A DNA stretch of 64,000 bases, from contig CAXKVF010000099.1 of NCBI GenBank assembly GCA_964057225.1, positions 1 to 64,000 on the forward strand, read 5' to 3'. This stretch comes from Auanema rhodensis (lineage: Eukaryota; Animalia; Nematoda). Under the pieces are notes generated by a model, which saw only the letters and a program-made list of their open reading frames with translations, ran no database searches and was not told the origin of the DNA. Shown in pieces: positions 1 to 13,300 of the stretch. The stretch's first letter is position 1; each line of letters starts with the position of its first letter. A program made the translations under genes and the position numbers.

Positions 1-42
1 GGACATGGGGAATCTAATTTTGAAAACCGCATCTCTTTATCT

Positions 43-52
43 TTCACGTGAA
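43..52. other. Perfect 10-bp palindrome TTCACGTGAA containing an E-box/G-box (CACGTG), present in almost every monomer
   Basis: Read directly at monomer offsets 43-52; function not shown. Confidence 0.9.
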
Positions 53-74
53 GCGAGTTACATACCAAGTGCAC

Positions 75-82
75 ATCACGTG
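75..82 (+). other. ATCACGTG, second E-box; matches the RTCACRTG consensus of yeast CDEI/Cbf1 sites
   Basis: Direct motif match at offsets 75-82. Protein binding is not demonstrated. Confidence 0.6.
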
Positions 83-125
83 TACATTTAATTAGCATAA
101 ATTAAAGTTCACGTAAATTTCAAAG

Positions 126-140
126 TCATGGTTACCATGA
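126..140. other. 15-bp dyad TCATGGT-T-ACCATGA (contains BstEII site GGTNACC)
   Basis: 7-bp arms are exact reverse complements around T133. Confidence 0.9.
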
Positions 141-3100
141 ACCAATATCAATAAAAATTTGTTTTTAGACTAATATGGACATGGGGAATCTAATTTTGAA
201 AACCGCATCTCTTTATCTTTCACGTGAAGCGAGTTACATACCAAGTGCACATCACGTGTACATTTAATTAGCATAAATTAAAGTTCACGTAAATTTCAAA
301 GTCATGGTTACCATGAACCAATATCAATAAAAATTTGTTTTTAGACTAATCTGGACATGGGGAATCTAATTTTGAAAACCGCATCTCTTTATCTTTCACG
401 TGAAGCGAGTTACATACCAAGTGCACATCACGTGTACATTTAATTAGCATAAATTAAAGTTCACGTAAATTTCAAAGTCATGGTTACCATGAACCAATAT
501 CAATAAAAATTTGTTTTTAGACTAATATGGACATGGGGAATCTAATTTTGAAAACCGCATCTCTTTATCTTTCACGTGAAGCGAGTTACATACCAAGTGC
601 ACATCACGTGTACATTTAATTAGCATAAATTAAAGTTCACGTAAATTTCAAAGTCATGGTTACCATGAACCAATATCAATAAAAATTTGTTTTTAGACTA
701 ATATGGACATGGGGAATCTAATTTTGAAAACCGCATCTCTTTATCTTTCACGTGAAGCGAGTTACATACCAAGTGCACATCACGTGTACATTTAATTAGC
801 ATAAATTAAAGTTCACGTAAATTTCAAAGTCATGGTTACCATGAACCAATATCAATAAAAATTTGTTTTTAGACTAATATGGACATGGGGAATCTAATTT
901 TGAAAACCGCATCTCTTTATCTTTCACGTGAAGCGAGTTACATACCAAGTGCACATCACGTGTACATTTAATTAGCATAAATTAAAGTTCACGTAAATTT
1001 CAAAGTCATGGTTACCATGAACCAATATCAATAAAAATTTGTTTTTAGACTAATATGGACATGGGGAATCTAATTTGAAAACCGCATCTCTTTATCTTTC
1101 ACGTGAAGCGAGTTACATACCAAGTGCACATCACGTGTACATTTAATTAGCATAAATTAAAGTTCACGTAAATTTCAAAGTCATGGTTACCATGAACCAA
1201 TATCAATAAAAATTTGTTTTTAGACTAATATGGACATGGGGAATCTAATTTTGAAAACCGCATCTCTTTATCTTTCACGTGAAGCGAGTTACATACCAAG
1301 TGCACATCACGTGTACATTTAATTAGCATAAATTAAAGTTCACGTAAATTTCAAAGTCATGGTTACCATGAACCAATATCAATAAAAATTTGTTTTTAGA
1401 CTAATATGGACATGGGGAATCTAATTTTGAAAACCGCATCTCTTTATCTTTCACGTGAAGCGAGTTACATACCAAGTGCACATCACGTGTACATTTAATT
1501 AGCATAAATTAAAGTTCACGTAAATTTCAAAGTCATGGTTACCATGAACCAATATCAATAAAAATTTGTTTTTAGACTAATATGGACATGGGGAATCTAA
1601 TTTTGAAAACCGCATCTCTTTATCTTTCACGTGAAGCGAGTTACATACCAAGTGCACATCACGTGTACATTTAATTAGCATAAATTAAAGTTCACGTAAA
1701 TTTCAAAGTCATGGTTACCATGAACCAATATCAATAAAAATTTGTTTTTAGACTAATATGGACATGGGGAATCTAATTTTGAAAACCGCATCTCTTTATC
1801 TTTCACGTGAAGCGAGTTACATACCAAGTGCACATCACGTGTACATTTAATTAGCATAAATTAAAGTTCACGTAAATTTCAAAGTCATGGTTACCATGAA
1901 CCAATATCAATAAAAATTTGTTTTTAGACTAATATGGACATGGGGAATCTAATTTTGAAAACCGCATCTCTTTATCTTTCACGTGAAGCGAGTTACATAC
2001 CAAGTGCACATCACGTGTACATTTAATTAGCATAAATTAAAGTTCACGTAAATTTCAAAGTCATGGTTACCATGAAGCAATATCAATAAAAATTTGTTTT
2101 TAGACTAATATGGACATGGGGAATCTAATTTTGAAAACCGCATCTCTTTATCTTTCACGTGAAGCGAGTTACATACCAAGTGCACATCACGTGTACATTT
2201 AATTAGCATAAATTAAAGTTCACGTAAATTTCAAAGTCATGGTTACCATGAACCAATATCAATAAAAATTTGTTTTTAGACTAATATGGACATGGGGAAT
2301 CTAATTTTGAAAACCGCATCTCTTTATCTTTCACGTGAAGCGAGTTACATACCAAGTGCACATCACGTGTACATTTAATTAGCATAAATTAAAGTTCACG
2401 TAAATTTCAAAGTCATGGTTACCATGAACCAATATCAATAAAAATTTGTTTTTAGACTAATATGGACATGGGGAATCTAATTTTGAAAACCGCATCTCTT
2501 TATCTTTCACGTGAAGCGAGTTACATACCAAGTGCACATCACGTGTACATTTAATTAGCATAAATTAAAGTTCACGTAAATTTCAAAGTCATGGTTACCA
2601 TGAACCAATATCAATAAAAATTTGTTTTTAGACTAATATGGACATGGGGAATCTAATTTTGAAAACCGCATCTCTTTATCTTTCACGTGAAGCGAGTTAC
2701 ATACCAAGTGCACATCACGTGTACATTTAATTAGCATAAATTAAAGTTCACGTAAATTTCAAAGTCATGGTTACCATGAACCAATATCAATAAAAATTTG
2801 TTTTTAGACTAATATGGACATGGGGAATCTAATTTTGAAAACCGCATCTCTTTATCTTTCACGTGAAGCGAGTTACATACCAAGTGCACATCACGTGTAC
2901 ATTTAATTAGCATAAATTAAAGTTCACGTAAATTTCAAAGTCATGGTTACCATGCACCAATATCAATAAAAATTTGTTTTTAGACTAATATGGACATGGG
3001 GAATCTAATTTTGAAAACCGCATCTCTTTATCTTTCACGTGAAGCGAGTTACATACCAAGTGCACATCACGTGTACATTTAATTAGCATAAATTAAAGTT

Positions 3101-5631
3101 CACGTAAATTTCAAAGTCATGGTTACCATGAACCAATATCAATAAAAATTTGTTTTTAGACTAATATGGACATGGGGAATCTAATTTTGAAAACCGCATC
3201 TCTTTATCTTTCACGTGAAGCGAGTTACATACCAAGTGCACATCACGTGTACATTTAATTAGCATAAATTAAAGTTCACGTAAATTTCAAAGTCATGGTT
3301 ACCATGAACCAATATCAATAAAAATTTGTTTTTAGACTAATATGGACATGGGGAATCTAATTTTGAAAACCGCATCTCTTTATCTTTCACGTGAAGCGAG
3401 TTACATACCAAGTGCACATCACGTGTACATTTAATTAGCATAAATTAAAGTTCACGTAAATTTCAAAGTCATGGTTACCATGAACCAATATCAATAAAAA
3501 TTTGTTTTTAGACTAATATGGACATGTGGAATCTAATTTTGAAAACCGCATCTCTTTATCTTTCACGTGAAGCGAGTTACATACCAAGTGCACATCACGT
3601 GTACATTTAATTAGCATAAATTAAAGTTCACGTAAATTTCAAAGTCATGGTTACCATGCACCAATATCAATAAAAATTTGTTTTTAGACTAATATGGACA
3701 TGGGGAATCTAATTTTGAAAACCGCATCTCTTTATTTTTCACGTGAAGCGAGTTACATACCAAGTGCACATCACGTGTACATTTAATTAGCATAAATTAA
3801 AGTTCACGTAAATTTCAAAGTCATGGTTACCATGAACCAATATCAATAAAAATTTGTTTTTAGACTAATATGGACATGGGGAATCTAATTTTGAAAACCG
3901 CATCTCTTTATCTTTCACGTGAAGCGAGTTACATACCAAGTGCACATCACGTGTACATTTAATTAGCATAAATTAAAGTTCACGTAAATTTCAAAGTCAT
4001 GGTTACCATGCACCAATATCAATAAAAATTTGTTTTTAGACTAATATGGACATGGGGAATCTAATTTTGAAAACCGCATCTCTTTATCTTTCACGTGAAG
4101 CGAGTTACATACCAAGTGCACATCACGTGTACATTTAATTAGCATAAATTAAAGTTCACGTAAATTTCAAAGTCATGGTTACCATGAACCAATATCAATA
4201 AAAATTTGTTTTTAGACTAATATGGACATGTGGAATCTAATTTTGAAAACCGCATCTCTTTATCTTTCACGTGAAGCGAGTTACATACCAAGTGCACATC
4301 ACGTGTACATTTAATTAGCATAAATTAAAGTTCACGTAAATTTCAAAGTCATGGTTACCATGCACCAATATCAATAAAAATTTGTTTTTAGACTAATATG
4401 GACATGGGGAATCTAATTTTGAAAACCGCATCTCTTTATTTTTCACGTGAAGCGAGTTACATACCAAGTGCACATCACGTGTACATTTAATTAGCATAAA
4501 TTAAAGTTCACGTAAATTTCAAAGTCATGGTTACCATGAACCTATATCAATAAAAATTTGTTTTTAGACTAATATGGACATGGGGAATCTAATTTTGAAA
4601 ACCGCATCTCTTTATCTTTCACGTGAAGCGAGTTACATACCAAGTGCACATCACGTGTACATTTAATTAGCATAAATTAAAGTTCACGTAAATTTCAAAG
4701 TCATGGTTACCATGAACCAATATCAATAAAAATTTGTTTTTAGACTAATATGGACATGGGGAATCTAATTTTGAAAACCGCATCTCTTTATCTTTCACGT
4801 GAAGCGAGTTACATACCAAGTGCACATCACGTGTACATTTAATTAGCATAAATTAAAGTTCACGTAAATTTCAAAGTCATGGTTACCATGAACCAATATC
4901 AATAAAAATTTGTTTTTAGACTAATATGGACATGGGGAATCTAATTTTGAAAACCGCATCTCTTTATCTTTCACGTGAAGCGAGTTACATACCAAGTGCA
5001 CATCACGTGTACATTTAATTAGCATAAATTAAAGTTCACGTAAATTTCAAAGTCATGGTTACCATGAACCAATATCAATAAAAATTTGTTTTTAGACTAA
5101 TATGAACATGGGGAATCTAATTTTGAAAACCGCATCTCTTTATCTTTCACGTGAAGCGAGTTACATACCAAGTGCACATCACGTGTACATTTAATTAGCA
5201 TAAATTAAAGTTCACGTAAATTTCAAAGTCATGGTTACCATGAACCAATATCAATAAAAATTTGTTTTTAGACTAATATGGACATGGGGAATCTAATTTT
5301 GAAAACCGCATCTCTTTATCTTTCACGTGAAGCGAGTTACATACCAAGTGCACATCACGTGTACATTTAATTAGCATAAATTAAAGTTCACGTAAATTTC
5401 AAAGTCATGGTTACCATGAAGCAATATCAATAAAAATTTGTTTTTAGACTAATATGGACATGGGGAATCTAATTTTGAAAACCGCATCTCTTTATCTTTC
5501 ACGTGAAGCGAGTTACATACCAAGTGCACATCACGTGTACATTTAATTAGCATAAATTAAAGTTCACGTAAATTTCAAAGTCATGGTTACCATGAACCAA
5601 TATCAATAAAAATTTGTTTTTAGACTAATAT

Positions 5632-7391
5632 GGACATGGGGAATCTAATTTTGAAAACCGCATCTCTTTATCTTTCACGTGAAGCGAGTTACATACCAAG
5701 TGCACATCACGTGTACATTTAGTTAGCATAAATTAAAGTTCACGTAAATTTCAAAGTCATGGTTACCATGAACCAATATCAATAAAAATTTGTTTTTAGA
5801 CTAATATGGACATGGGGAATCTAATTTTGAAAACCGCATCTCTTTATCTTTCACGTGAAGCGAGTTACATACCAAGTGCACATCACGTGTACATTTAATT
5901 AGCATAAATTAAAGTTCACGTAAATTTCAAAGTCATGGTTACCATGAACCTATATCAATAAAAATTTGTTTTTAGACTAATATGGACATGGGGAATCTAA
6001 TTTTGAAAACCGCATCTCTTTATCTTTCACGTGAAGCGAGTTACATACCAAGTGCACATCACGTGTACATTTAATTAGCATAAATTAAAGTTCACGTAAA
6101 TTTCAAAGTCATGGTTACCATGAACCAATATCAATAAAAATTTGTTTTTAGACTAATATGGACATGGGGAATCTAATTTTGAAAACCGCATCTCTTTATC
6201 TTTCACGTGAAGCGAGTTACATACCAAGTGCACATCACGTGTACATTTAGTTAGCATAAATTAAAGTTCACGTAAATTTCAAAGTCATGGTTACCATGAA
6301 CCAATATCAATAAAAATTTGTTTTTAGACTAATATGGACATGGGGAATCTAATTTTGAAAACCGCATCTCTTTATCTTTCACGTGAAGCGAGTTACATAC
6401 CAAGTGCACATCACGTGTACATTTAATTAGCATAAATTAAAGTTCACGTAAATTTCAAAGTCATGGTTACCATGAACCAATATCAATAAAAATTTGTTTT
6501 TAGACTAATATGGACATGGGGAATCTAATTTTGAAAACCGCATCTCTTTATCTTTCACGTGAAGCGAGTTACATACCAAGTGCACATCACGTGTACATTT
6601 AGTTAGCATAAATTAAAGTTCACGTAAATTTCAAAGTCATGGTTACCATGAACCAATATCAATAAAAATTTGTTTTTAGACTAATATGGACATGGGGAAT
6701 CTAATTTTGAAAACCGCATCTCTTTATCTTTCACGTGAAGCGAGTTACATACCAAGTGCACATCACGTGTACATTTAATTAGCATAAATTAAAGTTCACG
6801 TAAATTTCAAAGTCATGGTTACCATGAACCTATATCAATAAAAATTTGTTTTTAGACTAATATGGACATGGGGAATCTAATTTTGAAAACCGCATCTCTT
6901 TATCTTTCACGTGAAGCGAGTTACATACCAAGTGCACATCACGTGTACATTTAATTAGCATAAATTAAAGTTCACGTAAATTTCAAAGTCATGGTTACCA
7001 TGAACCAATATCAATAAAAATTTGTTTTTAGACTAATATGGACATGGGGAATCTAATTTTGAAAACCGCATCTCTTTATCTTTCACGTGAAGCGAGTTAC
7101 ATACCAAGTGCACATCACGTGTACATTTAGTTAGCATAAATTAAAGTTCACGTAAATTTCAAAGTCATGGTTACCATGAACCAATATCAATAAAAATTTG
7201 TTTTTAGACTAATATGGACATGGGGAATCTAATTTTGAAAACCGCATCTCTTTATCTTTCACGTGAAGCGAGTTACATACCAAGTGCACATCACGTGTAC
7301 ATTTAATTAGCATAAATTAAAGTTCACGTAAATTTCAAAGTCATGGTTACCATGAACCTATATCAATAAAAATTTGTTTTCAGACTAATAT
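5632..7391 (+). repeat. Approximate tandem duplication of a 5-monomer (880-bp) unit
   Basis: A91G at 5722, 6250, 6602 and 7130, and A144T at 5951 and 6831, repeat at +880. Confidence 0.7.
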
Positions 7392-10300
7392 GGACATGGG
7401 GAATCTAATTTTGAAAACCGCATCTCTTTATCTTTCACGTGAAGCGAGTTACATACCAAGTGCACATCACGTGTACATTTAATTAGCATAAATTAAAGTT
7501 CACGTAAATTTCAAAGTCATGGTTACCATGCACCAATATCAATAAAAATTTGTTTTTAGACTAATATGGACATGGGGAATCTAATTTTGAAAACCGCATC
7601 TCTTTATCTTTCACGTGAAGCGAGTTACATACCAAGTGCACATCACGTGTACATTTAATTAGCATAAATTAAAGTTCACGTAAATTTCAAAGTCATGGTT
7701 ACCATGAACCAATATCAATAAAAATTTGTTTTTAGACTAATATGGACATGGGGAATCTAATTTTGAAAACCGCATCTCTTTATCTTTCACGTGAAGCGAG
7801 TTACATACCAAGTGCACATCACGTGTACATTTAATTAGCATAAATTAAAGTTCACGTAAATTTCAAAGTCATGGTTACCATGAACCAATATCAATAAAAA
7901 TTTGTTTTTAGACTAATATGGACATGGGGAATCTAATTTTGAAAACCGCATCTCTTTATCTTTCACGTGAAGCGAGTTACATACCAAGTGCACATCACGT
8001 GTACATTTAATTAGCATAAATTAAAGTTCACGTAAATTTCAAAGTCATGGTTACCATGAACCAATATCAATAAAAATTTGTTTTTAGACTAATATGGACA
8101 TGGGGAATCTAATTTTGAAAACCGCATCTCTTTATCTTTCACGTGAAGCGAGTTACATACCAAGTGCACATCACGTGTACATTTAATTAGCATAAATTAA
8201 AGTTCACGTAAATTTCAAAGTCATGGTTACCATGCACCAATATCAATAAAAATTTGTTTTTAGACTAATATGGACATGGGGAATCTAATTTTGAAAACCG
8301 CATCTCTTTATCTTTCACGTGAAGCGAGTTACATACCAAGTGCACATCACGTGTACATTTAATTAGCATAAATTAAAGTTCACGTAAATTTCAAAGTCAT
8401 GGTTACCATGAACCTATATCAATAAAAATTTGTTTTTAGACTAATATGGACATGGGGAATCTAATTTTGAAAACCGCATCTCTTTATCTTTCACGTGAAG
8501 CGAGTTACATACCAAGTGCACATCACGTGTACATTTAATTAGCATAAATTAAAGTTCACGTAAATTTCAAAGTCATGGTTACCATGAACCAATATCAATA
8601 AAAATTTGTTTTTAGACTAATATGGACATGGGGAATCTAATTTTGAAAACCGCATCTCTTTATCTTTCACGTGAAGCGAGTTACATACCAAGTGCACATC
8701 ACGTGTACATTTAATTAGCATAAATTAAAGTTCACGTAAATTTCAAAGTCATGGTTACCATGAACCAATATCAATAAAAATTTGTTTTTAGACTAATATG
8801 GACATGGGGAATCTAATTTTGAAAACCGCATCTCTTTATCTTTCACGTGAAGCGAGTTACATACCAAGTGCACATCACGTGTACATTTAATTAGCATAAA
8901 TTAAAGTTCACGTAAATTTCAAAGTCATGGTTACCATGAACCAATATCAATAAAAATTTGTTTTTAGACTAATATGGACATGGGGAATCTAATTTTGAAA
9001 ACCGCATCTCTTTATCTTTCACGTGAAGCGAGTTACATACCAAGTGCACATCACGTGTACATTTAATTAGCATAAATTAAAGTTCACGTAAATTTCAAAG
9101 TCATGGTTACCATGAACCAATATCAATAAAAATTTGTTTTTAGACTAATATGGACATGGGGAATCTAATTTTGAAAACCGCATCTCTTTATCTTTCACGT
9201 GAAGCGAGTTACATACCAAGTGCACATCACGTGTACATTTAATTAGCATAAATTAAAGTTCACGTAAATTTCAAAGTCATGGTTACCATGAACCAATATC
9301 AATAAAAATTTGTTTTTAGACTAATATGGACATGGGGAATCTAATTTTGAAAACCGCATCTCTTTATCTTTCACGTGAAGCGAGTTACATACCAAGTGCA
9401 CATCACGTGTACATTTAGTTAGCATAAATTAAAGTTCACGTAAATTTCAAAGTCATGGTTACCATGAACCAATATCAATAAAAATTTGTTTTTAGACTAA
9501 TATGGACATGGGGAATCTAATTTTGAAAACCGCATCTCTTTATCTTTCACGTGAAGCGAGTTACATACCAAGTGCACATCACGTGTACATTTAATTAGCA
9601 TAAATTAAAGTTCACGTAAATTTCAAAGTCATGGTTACCATGAACCTATATCAATAAAAATTTGTTTTCAGACTAATATGGACATGGGGAATCTAATTTT
9701 GAAAACCGCATCTCTTTATCTTTCACGTGAAGCGAGTTACATACCAAGTGCACATCACGTGTACATTTAATTAGCATAAATTAAAGTTCACGTAAATTTC
9801 AAAGTCATGGTTACCATGCACCAATATCAATAAAAATTTGTTTTTAGACTAATATGGACATGGGGAATCTAATTTTGAAAACCGCATCTCTTTATCTTTC
9901 ACGTGAAGCGAGTTACATACCAAGTGCACATCACGTGTACATTTAATTAGCATAAATTAAAGTTCACGTAAATTTCAAAGTCATGGTTACCATGAACCAA
10001 TATCAATAAAAATTTGTTTTTAGACTAATATGGACATGGGGAATCTAATTTTGAAAACCGCATCTCTTTATCTTTCACGTGAAGCGAGTTACATACCAAG
10101 TGCACATCACGTGTACATTTAATTAGCATAAATTAAAGTTCACGTAAATTTCAAAGTCATGGTTACCATGAACCAATATCAATAAAAATTTGTTTTTAGA
10201 CTAATATGGACATGGGGAATCTAATTTTGAAAACCGCATCTCTTTATCTTTCACGTGAAGCGAGTTACATACCAAGTGCACATCACGTGTACATTTAATT

Positions 10301-13300
10301 AGCATAAATTAAAGTTCACGTAAATTTCAAAGTCATGGTTACCATGAACCAATATCAATAAAAATTTGTTTTTAGACTAATATGGACATGGGGAATCTAA
10401 TTTTGAAAACCGCATCTCTTTATCTTTCACGTGAAGCGAGTTACATACCAAGTGCACATCACGTGTACATTTAATTAGCATAAATTAAAGTTCACGTAAA
10501 TTTCAAAGTCATGGTTACCATGAAGCAATATCAATAAAAATTTGTTTTTAGACTAATATGGACATGGGGAATCTAATTTTGAAAACCGCATCTCTTTATC
10601 TTTCACGTGAAGCGAGTTACATACCAAGTGCACATCACGTGTACATTTAATTAGCATAAATTAAAGTTCACGTAAATTTCAAAGTCATGGTTACCATGAA
10701 CCTATATCAATAAAAATTTGTTTTTAGACTAATATGGACATGGGGAATCTAATTTTGAAAACCGCATCTCTTTATCTTTCACGTGAAGCGAGTTACATAC
10801 CAAGTGCACATCACGTGTACATTTAATTAGCATAAATTAAAGTTCACGTAAATTTCAAAGTCATGGTTACCATGCACCAATATCAATAAAAATTTGTTTT
10901 TAGACTAATATGGACATGGGGAATCTAATTTTGAAAACCGCATCTCTTTATCTTTCACGTGAAGCGAGTTACATACCAAGTGCACATCACGTGTACATTT
11001 AATTAGCATAAATTAAAGTTCACGTAAATTTCAAAGTCATGGTTACCATGAACCAATATCAATAAAAATTTGTTTTTAGACTAATATGGACATGGGGAAT
11101 CTAATTTTGAAAACCGCATTTCTTTATCTTTCACGTGAAGCGAGTTACATACCAAGTGCACATCACGTGTACATTTAATTAGCATAAATTAAAGTTCACG
11201 TAAAATTCAAAGTCATGGTTACCATGCACCAATATCAATAAAAATTTGTTTTTAGACTAATATGGACATGGAGAATCTAATTTTGAAAACCGCATCTCTT
11301 TATCTTTCACGTGAAGCGAGTTACATACCAAGTGCACATCACGTGTACATTTAATTAGCATAAATTAAAGTTCACGTAAATTTCAAAGTCATGGTTACCA
11401 TGAACCAATATCAATAAAAATTTGTTTTTAGACTAATATGGACATGGGGAATCTAATTTTGAAAACCGCATCTCTTTATCTTTCACGTGAAGCGAGTTAC
11501 ATACCAAGTGCTTATCACGTGTACATTTAATTAGCATAAATTAAAGTTCACGTAAATTTCAAAGTCATGGTTACCATGAACCAATATCAATAAAAATTTG
11601 TTTTTAGACTAATATGGACATGGGGAATCTAATTTTGAAAACCGCATCTCTTTATCTTTCACGTGAAGCGAGTTACATACCAAGTGCACATCACGTGTAC
11701 ATTTAATTAGCATAAATTAAAGTTCACGTAAATTTCAAAGTCATGGTTACCATGAACCAATATCAATAAAAATTTGTTTTTAGACTAATATGGACATGGG
11801 GAATCTAATTTTGAAAACCGCATCTCTTTATCTTTCACGTGAAGCGAGTTACATACCAAGTGCACATCACGTGTACATTTAATTAGCATAAATTAAAGTT
11901 CACGTAAATTTCAAAGTCATGGTTACCATGAACCTATATCAATAAAAATTTGTTTTTAGACTAATATGGACATGGGGAATCTAATTTTGAAAACCGCATC
12001 TCTTTATCTTTCACGTGAAGCGAGTTACATACCAAGTGCACATCACGTGTACATTTAATTAGCATAAATTAAAGTTCACGTAAATTTCAAAGTCATGGTT
12101 ACCATGAAGCAATATCAATAAAAATTTGTTTTTAGACTAATATGGACATGGGGAATCTAATTTTGAAAACCGCATCTCTTTATCTTTCACGTGAAGCGAG
12201 TTACATACCAAGTGCACATCACGTGTACATTTAATTAGCATAAATTAAAGTTCACGTAAATTTCAAAGTCATGGTTACCATGAACCTATATCAATAAAAA
12301 TTTGTTTTTAGACTAATATGGACATGGGGAATCTAATTTTGAAAACCGCATCTCTTTATCTTTCACGTGAAGCGAGTTACATACCAAGTGCACATCACGT
12401 GTACATTTAATTAGCATAAATTAAAGTTCACGTAAATTTCAAAGTCATGGTTACCATGAAGCAATATCAATAAAAATTTGTTTTTAGACTAATATGGACA
12501 TGGGGAATCTAATTTTGAAAACCGCATCTCTTTATCTTTCACGTGAAGCGAGTTACATACCAAGTGCACATCACGTGTACATTTAATTAGCATAAATTAA
12601 AGTTCACGTAAATTTCAAAGTCATGGTTACCATGAACCAATATCAATAAAAATTTGTTTTTAGACTAATATGGACATGGGGAATCTAATTTTGAAAACCG
12701 CATCTCTTTATCTTTCACGTGAAGCGAGTTACATACCAAGTGCACATCACGTGTACATTTAATTAGCATAAATTAAAGTTCACGTAAATTTCAAAGTCAT
12801 GGTTACCATGCACCAATATCAATAAAAATTTGTTTTTAGACTAATATGGACATGGGGAATCTAATTTTGAAAACCGCATCTCTTTATCTTTCACGTGAAG
12901 CGAGTTACATACCAAGTGCACATCACGTGTACATTTAATTAGCATAAATTAAAGTTTACGTAAATTTCAAAGTCATGGTTACCATGAACCAATATCAATA
13001 AAAATTTGTTTTTAGACTAATATGGACATGGGGAATCTAATTTTGAAAACCGCATCTCTTTATCTTTCACGTGAAGCGAGTTACATACCAAGTGCACATC
13101 ACGTGTACATTTAATTAGCATAAATTAAAGTTCACGTAAATTTCAAAGTCATGGTTACCATGAACCAATATCAATAAAAATTTGTTTTTAGACTAATATG
13201 GACATGGGGAATCTAATTTTGAAAACCGCATCTCTTTATCTTTCACGTGAAGCGAGTTACATACCAAGTGCACATCACGTGTACATTTAATTAGCATAAA

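Larger units (their letters stand above)
1..176 (+). repeat. Reference consensus monomer (phase arbitrary, set by the window start)
   Basis: Identical to 529-704 and to many downstream copies; 56/176 G+C; 5 CpG. Confidence 0.98.

Noticed and set aside
131-142. RFX X-box-like GTTACCATGAAC
   Set aside because: Only the GTTACC half-site fits; the second half lacks the RGYAAC consensus, so a regulatory call is unsupported.
150-155. AATAAA polyadenylation signal in each monomer
   Set aside because: Expected by chance in ~68% AT sequence; no transcript context.
1-176. Assignment to known ~171-178 bp satellites (Brassica CentBr, Arabidopsis CEN178, primate alpha satellite, Apis mellifera AluI)
   Set aside because: Only the length matches. 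I recognise no sequence similarity, and the consensus lacks HindIII (AAGCTT) and AluI (AGCT) sites; AGCT arises only in three G55T variants. A BLAST search is needed to settle identity.
1-176. CENP-B box
   Set aside because: No TTCG-n4-A-n2-CGGG on either strand of the consensus; A56G makes CGGG but without the upstream TTCG.
1-176. Tandem 5S rRNA, tRNA, snRNA or spliced-leader gene array
   Set aside because: No recognisable 5S/tRNA sequence, Pol III A/B/C boxes or Sm site, and the unit is AT-rich throughout.
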